Shown: positions 37,321-51,680, counted from the first letter of the whole stretch. The stretch is 63,987 nucleotides of DNA, filler included, from Octopus bimaculoides (GCF_001194135.2; 9 parts of 8 records of this genome joined end to end with filler, not necessarily neighbours in it); one strand, 5' to 3'. Program-made: numbers and translations. Notes: generated from the sequence alone by a model not told the origin.

Positions 37321-38677
37321 AAAAACTTAGTCATCGTTACAAAGTACTGGAATGTAAGCTTATCAACGTGACAAATGAGAAGAAAGAATCGTTGAGATGG
37401 ACAAATTGCTTAGAGGCATTTCAGCCGGTTTTTTACATTCTGGGTTCAAATCTCGCAGAGATCAATTTTGTCTTTCACCCTTTCCAGGTCGATAAAATAA
37501 AATGCCAGCCAAATATTAGGGTCGATGTATTCGACTAACAGCTCCTCCCCTCAAATTTGCTGGTTTTGGATCCTGCAAGGAATCAGCTTTCTTTCTCGGT
37601 AAAAATGTTGTGGTTTCGGTTCCTTAAAAGGCATAGGAACCGAGTGACCGGCCTTAAAAGATTTAAGGTTCAAGAAAATTTTTTTAAGGTGTGGCTTTGC
37701 AGTAAGAAACTCGCTTCCCAACTAAATGATTTGAGGTTCAGTCCTTAAGTAGGTATCTTCTACTGTAGTCAACCGCCAACCAAAGCCTTGTGAGAGGATT
37801 TGGCAGACGGAAACTGGAAAAAAACCCGACGTATGTACATATGTGTGTGTGTGTGTGTGTGTCTTTGTGTTTGTTTCTCAGTACCACTTGACAACCGGTG
37901 ATGGTGTGTTTACGTCCCTGTAACATAGCGGTTCGGCAAAAAAATCACCGTGGCTATAGTAAAAAACACTTGCTTAAGGTGCCACGCAGTGGGACTGAAC
38001 ACGGAACCATGTAGTTGTGAAGCAAGCTTCTTACCACACAGCCACACCTGCGTTTATTATATCAAAAAGATAAAAGCCCATATAATCAAATTTATAAAGG
38101 CTTCCCCTCTCTGAGTTGACCGGATTTCATTCTGGGAAGAGAGAAGTCCGGAAAGTAAATATATAGCATAATCGCAATGAATTATGGGTAAACGGAGTGT
38201 GAAGTGAGTTCTGTGGACATGTCTTTTCCAAAGCATATGATGTCACCAATAAGACACTGACAAACACACAAACACACACAGAAACACGTATACTTAAACA
38301 GCAATGAAACACACATAGAGCAAAAGGGATTTGCACTCCTGCTACATATATACAAGCGTGCTCCCTACTGGATATGGGCTATTAATTTATGCATTCACAA
38401 GACCCACCAGGAGCTGTTTTGACTTAAACAAAAGTGTATTGTCTTTCTGTCACTGATTGTCTTCAATTCTGCAAATGAAATGATTTTAATAATCTGCAAA
38501 GGAAAAAAAAAACATACATGTGCACATGTGTATACATATGCACACATATGCCTACGTACACACATGCTTCCATCTTAATATACATGTATGCATACATTGA
38601 TTAAATACACACTTAGGTTCACATAAAAAATATGTTAATAATATAACAAAAGAATGTGTACCTATCTATCTACTTAT

Positions 38678-38744
<67 letters not shown>

Positions 38745-39780
38745 AATCTGTAAAACCTTCCAGAAGTTTATCATTTAAATATATATATGAGCATGTCTAG
38801 ATATGGAAGTACATGCATGAGAATACATACCTAAAGAAAAACATACAAATCTGTGCATATACATGCATACATACATGCAAACAAACAAAAATACCCTGTT
38901 GTTGATGTTGAAATTCCAATGAAGGAGCCTTGGATATAGGTTAGAAACCGGTTTTTTTCTCTATTGGCAAGAAATCTTGAAAGAAAACTGAATAATACAT
39001 ACATACATACATACATACATACATACAAACATGGCGACCACAGTGTTTATGAAAATATTTTGAACGCACATAATTATCGCTTATATGAATGCAATATTTC
39101 ATATTCTCTTCGTGTTGAACAATACCAGACGAGGCAGGATTGCATATTATATTAACATTTACACATAACAATCATTATATATTCTCTAATATACATAGAT
39201 AAACAAACAAAGCACGCGACACTTTTGCTAAAAACATCTATATTGAGCGGAAATTAAATATACACGCCTGAATACGAATGCAGAATTAAAACAATAATGT
39301 TTCAAGAAAGAAGTCTCTTGCTGTGAATCTTTGGGGCTTTATCACGAATGAAATCTGTCAGAACTTTTAGAGAATACTATCGTCTTTATTTTAATGGAAT
39401 TTGTAAATAGATATCTAATTTTAATTGGATAATGATGGTGGGAGTAGATTCGTTTGACGTTTTCGATGATGAACGTTTTGTCGTCGCTCGGAAAGTTGAA
39501 TCTGTATTTGTGCGAATCATTGAAATTTGCGTGAGTATTTCAGAGATAAGTGTGTCGTTAATGGAATATTAAAGCTGGATTTTAGCGTTTCACGGTGATA
39601 TGGTTGGATTTGCGAACCCATTGAAAGAGAGAGTGAGTGAGTGCGCGAGTGAGTGCGCGAGTGAGTGAGTGAGTGCGTGAGTGAATCAGCAATTCCAAAC
39701 ATTTATGCATNNNNNNNNNNNNNNNNNNNNNNNNNNNNNNNNNNNNNNNNNNNNNNNNNNNNNNNNNNNNNNNNNNNNNN

Positions 39781-40162
39781 AATGGCCCAGTGGTTAGGGG
39801 CAGCGGACTCGCGGTCATAGGATCGCGGTTTCGATTCCCAGACCGGGCGTTGTGAGTGTTTATTGAGCGAAAACACCAAAAGCTCCACGAGGCTCCGGCA
39901 GGGGATGGTGGCGAACCCTGCTGTACTCTTTCACCACAACTTTCTCTCACTCTTACTTCCTGTTTCTGTTGTACCTGTAATTCAAAGGGTCAGCCTTGTC
40001 ACTCTGTGTCACGCTGAATATCCCCGAGAACTACGTTAAGGGTACACGTGTCTGTGGAGTGCTCAGCCACTTGCACGTTAATTTCACGAGCAGGCTGTTC
40101 CGTTGATCGGATCAACTGGATCCCTCGACGTCGTAAGCGACGGAGTGCCAACAACAACAACA
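39781..40162 (+). mobile_element. SINE family B, second copy in the opposite orientation
   Basis: aatggcccagtggttaggggcagcggactcgcgg...ggtttcgattccc...ggagtgccaacaacaacaaca; highly similar to the reverse complement of 21588-21968. A partial copy lies at about 20558-20720. Confidence 0.9.
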
Positions 40163-41418
40163 TACTGTATTAACATTCTTTCTAATCTTGGTACGAGATC
40201 AGCAATTTTTAGGGGAAAGGAGTTAAGTCGATTACATCAACTCCAGGACTTGACACTTGACTGGTACTAATTTTATCGACTTAGAAAGGATGGAAGACAA
40301 GATTAACCTCGGCGAGATTTGAACTTAGAACGTGGTCATCTAGAAGAAATGTTGCTAACGAAAAATGCCAGCTCGCTGCCTTACTGTAGACCATTAAACA
40401 GATGTAAGCACAAATTGATATTTTCGTTGTGCTGAGAATAAAAATAGCGGAGACTGCCCAGAGGTGTTTCGCGGTTCTAAAAGCGTCCATTAGAAGACAA
40501 GTACTAACGCATTTTCCTGCCTACGGTTACAACGTATTGTAAATTGCAATTCCAGTCAAATGGATATTAATATTTGGCTGAAATGAGTAGGCGAATTTGT
40601 TAATTAGTACCTATCAAGCATCATCTGGCGGCTTGATTAAACAATTAATCAACATTTATGCAAAGCACAGCGTTCATATCAATCTGCCTGTCTATCTAGC
40701 TGTCTATCAATATATCTACCTCTCTGTCCGTCTTCCTATTTGTCAGTCTGTCTATCTATCTATCTAGCTAGCTAGCTATCTATCTATCTGTCTGTCTGTC
40801 TGTCTATCTATCTATTTGTTTGCCTCTCTTTCCCTCTGCCTGTCTATCTGTCTGTGTGTCTACTTATTAATATATCTAGTCTCGTATATATGAATCACAG
40901 TATGTGTGTATTAACTATCGCATACATTTCCACAATTCTCAATCGATTTTCACCTAACTTTACACACACACATTACTTATGTCCCAAGGATGGCCATACA
41001 CTATAACATTTTATCCCGAGCTCCCGCGTAAATGAGCAAAGCAGGAAAAAATTGTTGATTTACACGGGTTTTTCTCTAATTCATTATGCTATTACTAATG
41101 TTATTAATACTTTCACCAACACTCACTCTACAACCAATCATGACAACAACAGGAACCACTGACAGGAACACTCACAGCTACCAGTAAATACCGTTCCTAT
41201 ACTGTTATTTCAGAAACAATCGTTCGGACGTGAATTTTGGAAGCATCAACAACAACAACAACAACAACAAAATAACAACAGACAACAACAACTAACGCAA
41301 CAACAACCACCACCAACAACAACAATAACAACAACAATCGTAAGAACAGGCCATAGTCATAATAATGACAAGCTACAACTACATCAACAATAACAGCTGC
41401 TGCTGCAGATGATGATTA

Positions 41419-41450
<32 letters not shown>

Positions 41451-42267
41451 TTGCGATTGTTATTACGGTCGCTGCTAGCGTAGCACAGTTCACCGCCAGC
41501 AGAAACAGCAGCAACAATAACGACAAGATACTCAAAACTTTAGAGAGATAATTGATGAAAAAACACGCTGTTTTATCTTCTATAAGCAGCGCATCAATAT
41601 CATTCTGCATGTGTGTGTGTCCGTGTCGTGTGTGTGTGCGTGTGTGCGTACATANNNNNNNNNNNNNNNNNNNNNNNNNNNNNNNNNNNNNNNNNNNNNN
41701 NNNNNNNNNNNNNNNNNNNNNNNNNNNNNNNNNNNNNNNNNNNNNNNNNNNNNNNNNNNNNNNNNNNNNNNNNNNNNNNNNNNNNNNNNNNNNNNNNNNN
41801 NNNNNNNNNNNNNNNNNNNNNNNNNNNNNNNNNNNNNNNNNNNNNNNNNNNNNNNNNNNNNNNNNNNNNNNNNNNNNNNNNNNNNNNNNNNNNNNNNNNN
41901 NNNNNNNNNNNNNNNNNNNNNNNNNNNNNNNNNNNNNNNNNNNNNNNNNNNNNNNNNNNNNNNNNNNNNNNNNNNNNNNNNNNNNNNNNNNNNNNNNNNN
42001 NNNNNNNNNNNNNNNNNNNNNNNNNNNNNNNNNNNNNNNNNNNNNNNNNNNNNNNNNNNNNNNNNNNNNNNNNNNNNNNNNNNNNNNNNNNNNNNNNNNN
42101 NNNNNNNNNNNNNNNNNNNNNNNNNNNNNNNNNNNNNNNNNNNNNNNNNNNNNNNNNNNNNNNNNNNNNNNNNNNNNNNNNNNNNNNNNNNNNNNNNNNN
42201 NNNNNNNNNNNNNNNNNNNNNNNNNNNNNNNNNNNNNNNNNNNNNNNNNNNNNNNNNNNNNNNNNNN

Positions 42268-42301
<34 letters not shown>

Positions 42302-43109
42302 ATATGTATGTATGTATGTATGTATCTATGAGTGTACATATTTATGCATGTAGGCATGTATGTGTGTGTGTGGGTCTTTGTGTGTCTGTGCTTGTGTGTA
42401 AGCATTAATTGCATCGTAGGAATCACTGCAATCATTGTGCATGCGCGAACACTTGTGTGAATGTGTAAAAGAGAGAGAGAGAAAGAGAGAGGGTGATTGA
42501 GAGAGAAAGAGAGAGAGAAAGAGATAGGTGAGGGAGCATATGTTAATTGCCGAGGTGTTTACAATATCACACAACACGCACATGAGTGAAAAGAAAGAAA
42601 AAGAAGATGAGAAACAGCATATTCTCATGGAGCGATCTTTCTATATACATATGCACTTGTGTTTACATGTCTGTTTATTTTAGCATTGCAGTATTATTAC
42701 ACTAACTAGCGTGTCTTTATTGCTGCTGTTACTGTAGTAAACTTACTAACTAACACGCCTGCATGTAATATTGCTATACAGTAAACAGTAATAAACATCT
42801 GTGTGTAATATTACTGCTATATAAAAATATATACCACGCTTTATATAGGCTTCTTCTATACGCTAAAACCATTATGTCAATATACAATATTACTATAACA
42901 TAATTCTGACTAACATGACTATTTCTTTCCTTCTCTAACCGCTTTTTACCCGATTCACACCTGTTCATTTTTCTTCTCCGTCTTTCTTGTGATGAAGGAC
43001 CAGTGTCCGAAACGTCCGCGCTCTTTCCCCAACTTTTAAGCGTTAATGCAGCATTGTCCCTATTGCGTTGTTTATTCTTCTGTTATATTCCTTACTTTCG
43101 TAATGCATG

Positions 43110-43140
<31 letters not shown>

Positions 43141-44315
43141 NNNNNNNNNNNNNNNNNNNNNNNNNNNNNNNNNNNNNNNNNNNNNNNNNNNNNNNNNNNN
43201 NNNNNNNNNNNNNNNNNNNNNNNNNNNNNNNNNNNNNNNNNNNNNNNNNNNNNNNNNNNNNNNNNNNNNNNNNNNNNNNNNNNNNNNNNNNNNNNNNNNN
43301 NNNNNNNNNNNNNNNNNNNNNNNNNNNNNNNNNNNNNNNNNNNNNNNNNNNNNNNNNNNNNNNNNNNNNNNNNNNNNNNNNNNNNNNNNNNNNNNNNNNN
43401 NNNNNNNNNNNNNNNNNNNNNNNNNNNNNNNNNNNNNNNNNNNNNNNNNNNNNNNNNNNNNNNNNNNNNNNNNNNNNNNNNNTGTGTGTGCAGTATTTGG
43501 TGTTAGTGTATGCGCAGATTTGTATGTTTGTTTTATAGATGCGTTTTTATGTATATATTTTCATGTCTAGATGCATGCAAATGTATTTATGTGCTAAATT
43601 TTTGGAAAGTTTTACATATCTTTACAGTTCCATTGATGGCTTGAATCTGTAGTCTTCTAATCAGCCTTTTTCTTTCAGGTTTTGAGAACCCTAATTTTTC
43701 CAGGTTTTTGTTGAGGCAGTTCGTTACATATCCCAATGCCCCAACAATCACGGGTATCAATCTGAACTATGTATGTATGTATATACGTATGTATGTATAT
43801 ACGTATGTATATACGTATGTATGTTATATAAATAGAAAACATTATAGAAATGATGAGAGTGGGTCGATCGCTTTTATTTGTTCTATTTATAAACTCTTTA
43901 CAACATTACCCTTCTGCTCAGCATTGCATTTCTAACTCACTTTCTCCATATCACTCTCTTTTACTAACTTTTTAAGCACGTAATAAGCATTACATTCCCC
44001 CTACCTCACGCCGGTGAAACTTCTCTCGCCTTCTTTCTTTTTCTCCCTCCCTCTTTCCCTCTTTTCTCTCTCTGTCTCTCTCTTTATCTTTCTCCCTCTT
44101 TCTCTCTCGCTCTTCGCCTTTCCCTTCAACTGATCCTGTCACAGCGTAACACGTTTCGCTCTCGGCGTTTATAAATTCTCCTCACCATTTTAATTCCAGG
44201 ATTTTCATAACAGCGTTGAGGCTTACCCTAATGTCTACAATGACCGTTTCATGTTCGCCTTACGACTGGCGGAAAGCTTAAGAGATCTGTTTGATATTTT
44301 GACTCCAAATCACCG

Positions 44316-44381
<66 letters not shown>

Positions 44382-45617
44382 NNNNNNNNNNNNNNNNNNN
44401 NNNNNNNNNNNNNNNNNNNNNNNNNNNNNNNNNNNNNNNNNNNNNNNNNNNNNNNNNNNNNNNNNNNNNNNNNNNNNNNNNNNNNNNNNNNNNNNNNNNN
44501 NNNNNNNNNNNNNNNNNNNNNNNNNNNNNNNNNNNNNNNNNNNNNNNNNNNNNNNNNNNNNNNNNNNNNNNNNNNNNNNNNNNNNNNNNNNNNNNNNNNN
44601 NNNNNNNNNNNNNNNNNNNNNNNNNNNNNNNNNNNNNNNNNNNNNNNNNNNNNNNNNNNNNNNNNNNNNNNNNNNNNNNNNNNNNNNNNNNNNNNNNNNN
44701 NNNNNNNNNNNNNNNNNNNNNNNNNNNNNNNNNNNNNNNNNNNNNNNNNNNNNNNNNNNNNNNNNNNNNNNNNNNNNNNNNNNNATATATATATATATAT
44801 ATATACATATACATGCATACACACACATACAGACACACATACTCATACATACACACGCACGCACATTTCTATAACATTACAAGTAGCTTATGCTTAAAAC
44901 CAGAAGAAGCAATTTAGCGTCCGGGGAAAATTTTCTTTAAATGACGCACATAGTTAAAAATCACAATCTACATCAGAGTTAGCCGGATCGAAATTTCCCC
45001 AAAAGCCATCACGAGAGCAGAACAAGCAATTTTCGCTGTGCTGAAGTTTATTAATATTGCGCTCTCGAGCCACTTCCGAAAGGATGTCGGAATTTCCCAT
45101 CTGAAGTATATACAGATGTTGCAAAAACTACTTACTGGTTTGCAATGGTGTTGCCAAACGAAAATGGATTTCCTAACATGTTATAGAAGCAGCTCTGTAA
45201 TATAAACATTAAGAATTTCCATCACTTAACGCGTGTGTGTTATTTAAGCGACAGAAGCTGCATTTTATTGGTTTATTCTACTCGCTGAACGCCGTTGCAA
45301 ATAAGCAAATAGATTTTACAATATCTCTATATGCTTCAGGCTAGAGATTTCGATTTCGTTCACAAACTGGCTCCACTGTGCATTATCGATGAGCAGTATA
45401 TACAGCAAAATATACTGTATGTACACAATTACATCACAGGCGATTTCGTTTCGACTAACTCTAAAGTATATCGTGTTTTTTAGCACTATATATTTATAAA
45501 GGAAATTTTCACGGACAACAAACCGCGGTTTATGGGGCATAAACAGCACACTCACGTTAGATATGTCGTATTCGCAATGTCTACATCATGAAGAGCAGCT
45601 TCTACTGCATAATCTGA

Positions 45618-45664
<47 letters not shown>

Positions 45665-46009
45665 NNNNNNNNNNNNNNNNNNNNNNNNNNNNNNNNNNNN
45701 NNNNNNNNNNNNNNNNNNNNNNNNNNNNNNNNNNNNNNNNNNNNNNNNNNNNNNNNNNNNNNNNNNNNNTATATACTAGCAGATATGCCCGGCCTTGCTC
45801 AGGATTAAAATGGCATAATCTTTTATTGCTTTTTCTTGTTTCAGTCATGTGACTGCAGTCATGCTGGAGCACCGCCTTTAGTCGAACAAATCGACCCCAG
45901 GATTAATTATTTGTAAGCCTAGTACTTATTCTATTCGTGTCTTTTGCCGAACCGCTAATTTAGGGGTACATACATATAGAAACATCGGTTTCAAGTGATG
46001 GTGGGGAAT

Positions 46010-46530
46010 CGGGAGGCCAAAAATTGGGACTGGTGAAATCGTAGAAATTGTGTAACCACCACTTCTTGCTCTTTCCGGAGGTATGGCAAGGAGGCAAATG
46101 CTGCTGCCATGCATATGGCCTTCCTGCAGCAAACCTCTCCAGCTTGAGATTCACCACAGACTCCAACAACTTCACAGAGCTGTCTGAATTAAGCATAAGA
46201 CCCTGTTCAATAACGTGGGCTGCTTGACACCACCACAACTGAAGAAGCACTCGTAGAACATCAGAGTTTGTGGGAACTTGGTTTTCTTGATGTCCATGTC
46301 ACGTCTTGCTTCCTCCATGGTGTTCACAGAACATTAAGAAGCAGTCATGATGTCGACATTTTCATACCTGGTGCAAATCATCGTGCTACAGGTAACTGTT
46401 TTCCAATATAGATATGGCTTCCAATTCTCCATATCTGCTAACTTTTTCTCAACTACAAATTTAGTGTTTTTGCTTGCAAACGTTATTGGCTGTCCACCAA
46501 TACACCATGCTCTTCCAGGCAAAAGCTAGC
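46010..46530 (-). mobile_element. Tc1/mariner (DD37D/maT-like) transposase remnant
   Basis: KKTKFPQT..., GLMLNSDSSVKLLESVV, GRPYAWQQHLPPCHTSGKSKKW.LHNFYDFTSPNFWPPDSP, a degenerate WQQD.APCH...WPPxSPD. Confidence 0.8.
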
Positions 46531-47043
46531 ATAAGAAATCGACAAATTTAGTTCGAACACAATGTATACATGCGAATATGTATGTATACATGTGTGTCAA
46601 AAGAAGAGTGAAAAATATTTATGGCCGAAGTAATTTGCATAAGTTTAACGGACACGACTAATGTTTTTACCCATTTACTGTAGCACATTAAACAGATGTA
46701 AATAAATCTTGTTAGTCTCTTCGTACAAGGAAGAATAAAAGAAAATGTCCTCGCGTTATTTAAGTACGTGTGTGTATTTGTATATAAGTATGCATGTATG
46801 TATGTATGTGTGTGTGTCAGTATCAGTATGTATGTCAGTATATCATGCATGTATGCGTTTGTGTATGCACCTATGTATGTGTGTGTAGGTATGTATATTT
46901 CTATGTATGTATCTGTGCATATATATATATATATATATATATANNNNNNNNNNNNNNNNNNNNNNNNNNNNNNNNNNNNNNNNNNNNTTAATTAATTAAN
47001 NNNNNNNNNNNNNNNNNNNNNNNNNNNNNNNNNNNNNNNNNNN

Positions 47044-47218
47044 CTCGAACTCTGCAAGAAGTTAAACATTTTTTTTGACTAAAACACAACTGGAACCCTA
47101 AGTAAGGCATGTGTAAAATTTGAATGAAATTGGTTGCGTAGTTCTCGAGTTTTAGGGATTCACACAGACAGACAGACAGACAGACAGACACACATTCTCA
47201 TTTTTATATATATAGATT
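47044..47218 (+). mobile_element. Non-autonomous Helitron/Helentron-like (DINE-1/Lep1-type) 3' segment
   Basis: tgtgtaaaatttgaatgaaattggttgcgtagttctcgag...(ACAG)n...tttttatatatatagatt architecture; a related inverted segment lies at about 40690-41080. Confidence 0.5.
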
Positions 47219-47744
47219 CCACAAAAAAGAAAACAAAAAGATTATAGATGTTTTAATTGATAGAAAAATACAAACTAATAATCTACACACAACATAAAGC
47301 AAAAAAGTCTGACGAGACTTAGCAGTTGTAATTTTTAAATCTGGAGTTGATGATTTTATCAGTCACAACAGTATTCTCATGATTCTAGGTGACCTATGGT
47401 AAAGTGCACAAACAACACACATTTATTTATTAGTCATTTTGTAGCAGGTCTCTTTATCTTACATACAGGTTTCAAATTTTGGCACAAGCCAGCAATTTTA
47501 GGGGAGGAGTAAGTCGATTACATTAACTCCAGTGTTCAACTGGTACATTTTTTTTTTTTTTGTCGGCCCCAAAAGGCTGAAAGACAAAGTCAGCCTCAAC
47601 AGAATTTGAACTCTTTGTAAAGATAGGTGAAATGTCACCAAATATTTTGTCTGGTGTGCTAACAATTCTGTCAGCTATCTTCTCTTTTTCTTACATATTG
47701 TAACGCTTTTAGTATTACAAACATCCTTGCAGAAATGTTTCTCA

Positions 47745-48195
47745 AAATCATCATCATCATCATCATCGTTGTTTAACGTCCGCCTTCCATGCTAACATGG
47801 GTTGGACGATTTGACTGAGGACTGGCGAACCAGATGGCTACACCATGCTCCAATCTGATTTGGCAGAGTTTCTACAGCTGGATGCCCTTCCTAACGCCAA
47901 CCACTCCGAGAGTGTAGTGGGTGCTTTTATGTGCCACCCGCACAAGAGCCAGTCCAGCGGCACTGGCAACTATCTCTCTCGAAAGTCCTTACACATGCCG
48001 CGGGCACAAGTGCCAGAAAGGCGACGCTGGGCACAGGTGCCATCACGATTTCACTTTCACTTGCCCCAATAAGTCTTCACAAGCTGAGTTTCGTGTCCAA
48101 TGAAGGAAGGTACACATAAGTGGACTGGCTGAGGCCTTAGATTTAGGTCTCACTTGGCTTGCCGGGTCTTCTCACGCACAGCATATGATATAAAT
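47745..48195 (-). mobile_element. RTE-type 3' tail repeat, longer copy
   Basis: catcatcgttgtttaacgtccgccttccatgct...ctggatgcccttcctaacgccaacc; same family as 20086-20350. Confidence 0.7.
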
Positions 48196-49029
48196 ATACT
48201 TTATATATATGTAAAATATAAACTGAAATAACATTATTTATTGTGTTCCCTTTTGTTTGTGAACAAAGCCTTCAACTCAATCCCTAATGACATTATAATA
48301 ACTAACCCACAATTCCATCCTAATGATTAGACAGAAAAACTTTTGAATCCATTAATGAACCAACAGGTTTAAGAATGCTAAAACCACCTCCCTCAATATC
48401 ACGCCCCTTCAATAATTGAGGGGGTTTTGTCTTGTGAATTACGTGGTGGCTTCACTGGTGTAGCTGCCATGCAAAACGACCAGTGCAACATTGAGTAAAG
48501 TGGTTAGCGTTAGGAAGGGCATTCCGCCATAGAAACAATGCTAAAGCAGATATTACAGCCTGATGCAATCCTCTAGCTCGTCAGCTCCTGTCAAACACAT
48601 TGCCAATATAGAAAACGGACGTTGTTGTTGATGATGATGGTGGTGGTGGTGATGGTGATGATGATGATGATGATGATGATGACGACAATGATGACGTTTC
48701 AAACTAAACAGAATCATGAGGGAAGGTTATATGAAAGATCTTTAATGAAAATAAATATTAATTCGAACATAGCTGTGTCATATAACACGTTTGAAAGAAA
48801 ATCTATTTCCTATTTACAGAAGTGTGTATTTCTGCGTGCGCGCACGTGTTTACATATACATACATGCACTGCGCACATGGATATGTGAGGGACGGGACGT
48901 GATATTCTCAAGACTGAAATCCACGTGAAAATCTTTTAGTCCTCCTCTCAGCTCCTTATTAACATTCATTGTCAGCTTCTTTTAACCACCGGAATGACAC
49001 TGGATTGAATTTATGCTATCCTTTTAACA

Positions 49030-50100
49030 ACCACAGACACCGTCATCGTTGACTATAACCATCTCTACAACAATAACCATGTTACCGTCGACGACTTTAT
49101 AACCATCATCATTATTACCACTACCACCACTATGAGACACATAGCCACCACGACCACAACCTCTTATATCAACCACCACAATCACCATTCCTATATACCA
49201 CCTCAATCGCCAGCATCATCATCATGGCCATAACAACTACTACCACCATCACCCTCTCCATTCCTCCCACCACAACTATCACCCACATTATTACTATATA
49301 TCATCACCACCATCCCTACTACCACAACAATTACCGCCTCCTCTACCACTATTTCCGCCCATATGTCTCCATACCAACCTTTACTCACTCACTCACTCTT
49401 TCTCCCTTTATTTCTACCGTATCAATGCTATACAAACAAGTACCGCCCACATTATTTTCTCTCTTCTTATTCCCTCTCAATTTTACTTTTACTTGTTCTC
49501 TCTCTCTTTCTTATCGTTTTTCATTCAATGTTTCTTATTCTCTCACTCTTTCTCTTACTTGCTCATTCATGCATTTACATATACACACACACACTCTTTT
49601 TCTCTCTCATCCACACACTCTTTCTCACACATAGATAATTCTCTTCATACACACACTCTCACACACAGTCTTTCTCATACACGCACTCTCTCACACACAA
49701 GGTCTCCCTCACAAAAGGTCTCTTTCTTACACACACACACACATACAGACTCTCATACGCATACTCTCTCACACAAACACACACATACTCTCACACACTC
49801 TCTTACATACACACCACATACTCATACTAACACTCACTCACACACTTAGTTCTTGCTCTCTTTTAACAGACTCTAACTTAACTACTTTCTCAACCTCCCT
49901 ACCCCAGCACACACTCATCCACTCACTTTCACTCCCACTCAATCTTTCACTCATTTTAAGCCTCCCTAAAACGCACGAAAAAACAAATCGAGGACCACAT
50001 GTTTCAATCACACTTCACAGCACCTCACCTCCCATCGTGTCCTCTAAAAAAAATAACTAGACTTCAACTACACCATCACTCAACACCCATGTACTCACGT
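49030..50100. repeat. Long degenerate low-complexity tract, (ACC/CAT)n then (CA)/(CT)n
   Basis: Directly visible; strong strand asymmetry with few G on the + strand. Confidence 0.85.
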
Positions 50101-51372
50101 ATACCCGTATGCACCCAGCCTGCGAGCGAGCTAAACCATCCACCCTAACTCTAACCCTATCTTACTATTACCCAGCTACCAAACCACCTCTATACTTTAG
50201 CCGAATATTTCAATACATCATACGGTCCTTTCACACCAATTCAACTCCATCCAGTAGCAGACGAAAAGCGAATGTGTGTGTGACTGCATATTTATGTGTG
50301 TATGCGAGAGAGAGAGTATGCGTGCTTGCATCTATGTGTGAGTGTACACGTGTATATGTTTGCACGTGTGTGTATGTCTGCGTGAGTGTGTTTTCGTGTA
50401 TGTGTGGATCTGATTCTGTGTATGTATGAGAGAGAGAGAGAGAGACTATGTATATGTATGCGTTGTGTGCGTGCGTGTGTAGAAGGACGGAGTGGGAAAA
50501 TAGGAGCAGGGGCTCTCATTAGGGTGAGGTCAGACGGTTAGTAGGTAAGGCTTGTCTCTTCAATTCACACCTTCCAACGGTGGCTGGTTGTTTACACTTC
50601 GGTTCGGAACTCGACGGGAATACGATTAAACGAAAGACACACACACAAATAAATACAGACATACATGCATACAAACATACACACATACACATACCCAGAT
50701 TTTATAGAGCAAACAAGAGAAATAGAACTCAATATACGATCTCTCTTTTTACTCTTTTACTTGTTTCAGTCTTTTGATTGTGGCCATGCTGGAGCACCGC
50801 CTTTAGTCGAGCAAATCGACCCAGGACTTATTCTTTGGAAGCCTAGTACTTATTCTATCGGTCTCTTATGCCGAACCGCTAAGTTACGGGGACATAAACA
50901 CACCAGCATCGGTTGTCAAGCGATGTTGGAGGGACAAACACACACACATATATATACATATACATATATACGACGGGCTTCTTTCAGTTTCCGTCTACCA
51001 AATCCACTCACAAGGCNNNNNNNNNNNNNNNNNNNNNNNNNNNNNNNNNNNNNNNNNNNNTTAATTAATTAANNNNNNNNNNNNNNNNNNNNNNNNNNNN
51101 NNNNNNNNNNNNNNNNGCATATATATGTACATGTATGCATATACGTTCATCCACACGTACATATAGATACATAACTGGGTACATGACGTGGCAAAAGAAC
51201 AAGGACAAAAATGGTAAACAAGGTGCAACAAACAAGCAGGCCACATAGAAACATCCCCTTCATCAGCTGCCACCATTAAAACTCCGGCGTTTCGAAGATA
51301 TACAAGGTGACCCCAAGAAAGCAGAGCCCATGAATCTTTGAATAAGACTGTTTGAATAAAGAAGGATAGATC

Positions 51373-51680
51373 GAGCAAGACGGGGGCTACCCCGCACGCG
51401 TCAAATGACTCCCTAGCCAGGCTGAGAGAGCGATTTCAGGAGAGACTGATCAGAAGGAAGTGTGACGTTGAGTGGGCACCGCATTCACAGGACTTGAACA
51501 CCCCGGATTTTTATTTGTTGGGGTATCTCAGGGAGAACGTTTGCTAGAACAACCATCAAACGATTGGTGAACTAAAGGCAGTAACCACAGCAGAAATCAG
51601 GGAAATCCGCAAAGAGGAATGTGTTCAAGTAACTGACAATTCTGCGCGACGTATACCATTAGGAGCATATTTTGGACAGA
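51373..51680 (+). mobile_element. Tc1/mariner (DDxD class) transposase C-terminal remnant
   Basis: QDG.TPHASNDSLARLRERFQERLIRRKCDVEWAPHSQDLNTPDFYLLGYLRENV, matching QQDGA.PH...WPPHSPDLNP.DF.LWGYLK. Confidence 0.8.

Noticed and set aside
38916-38953. CCAAUGA...CCU/AGG...GAAACCGGUU hammerhead look-alike
   Set aside because: Palindromic ACCGGU is present, but the essential U4/G5 core bases are absent and no stem I is found; too weak to count.
39431-39536. MMVGVDSFDVFDDERFVVARKVESVFVRIIEIC|gtgagt possible first exon
   Set aside because: Short, no homology recognised; a donor-like hexamer alone is expected by chance.
44200-44317. ttccag|DFHNSVEAYPNVYNDRFMFALRLAESLRDLFDILTPNHR, exon-like on the plus strand
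   Set aside because: No good donor before the (CA)n tract and no recognisable domain; needs RNA-seq.
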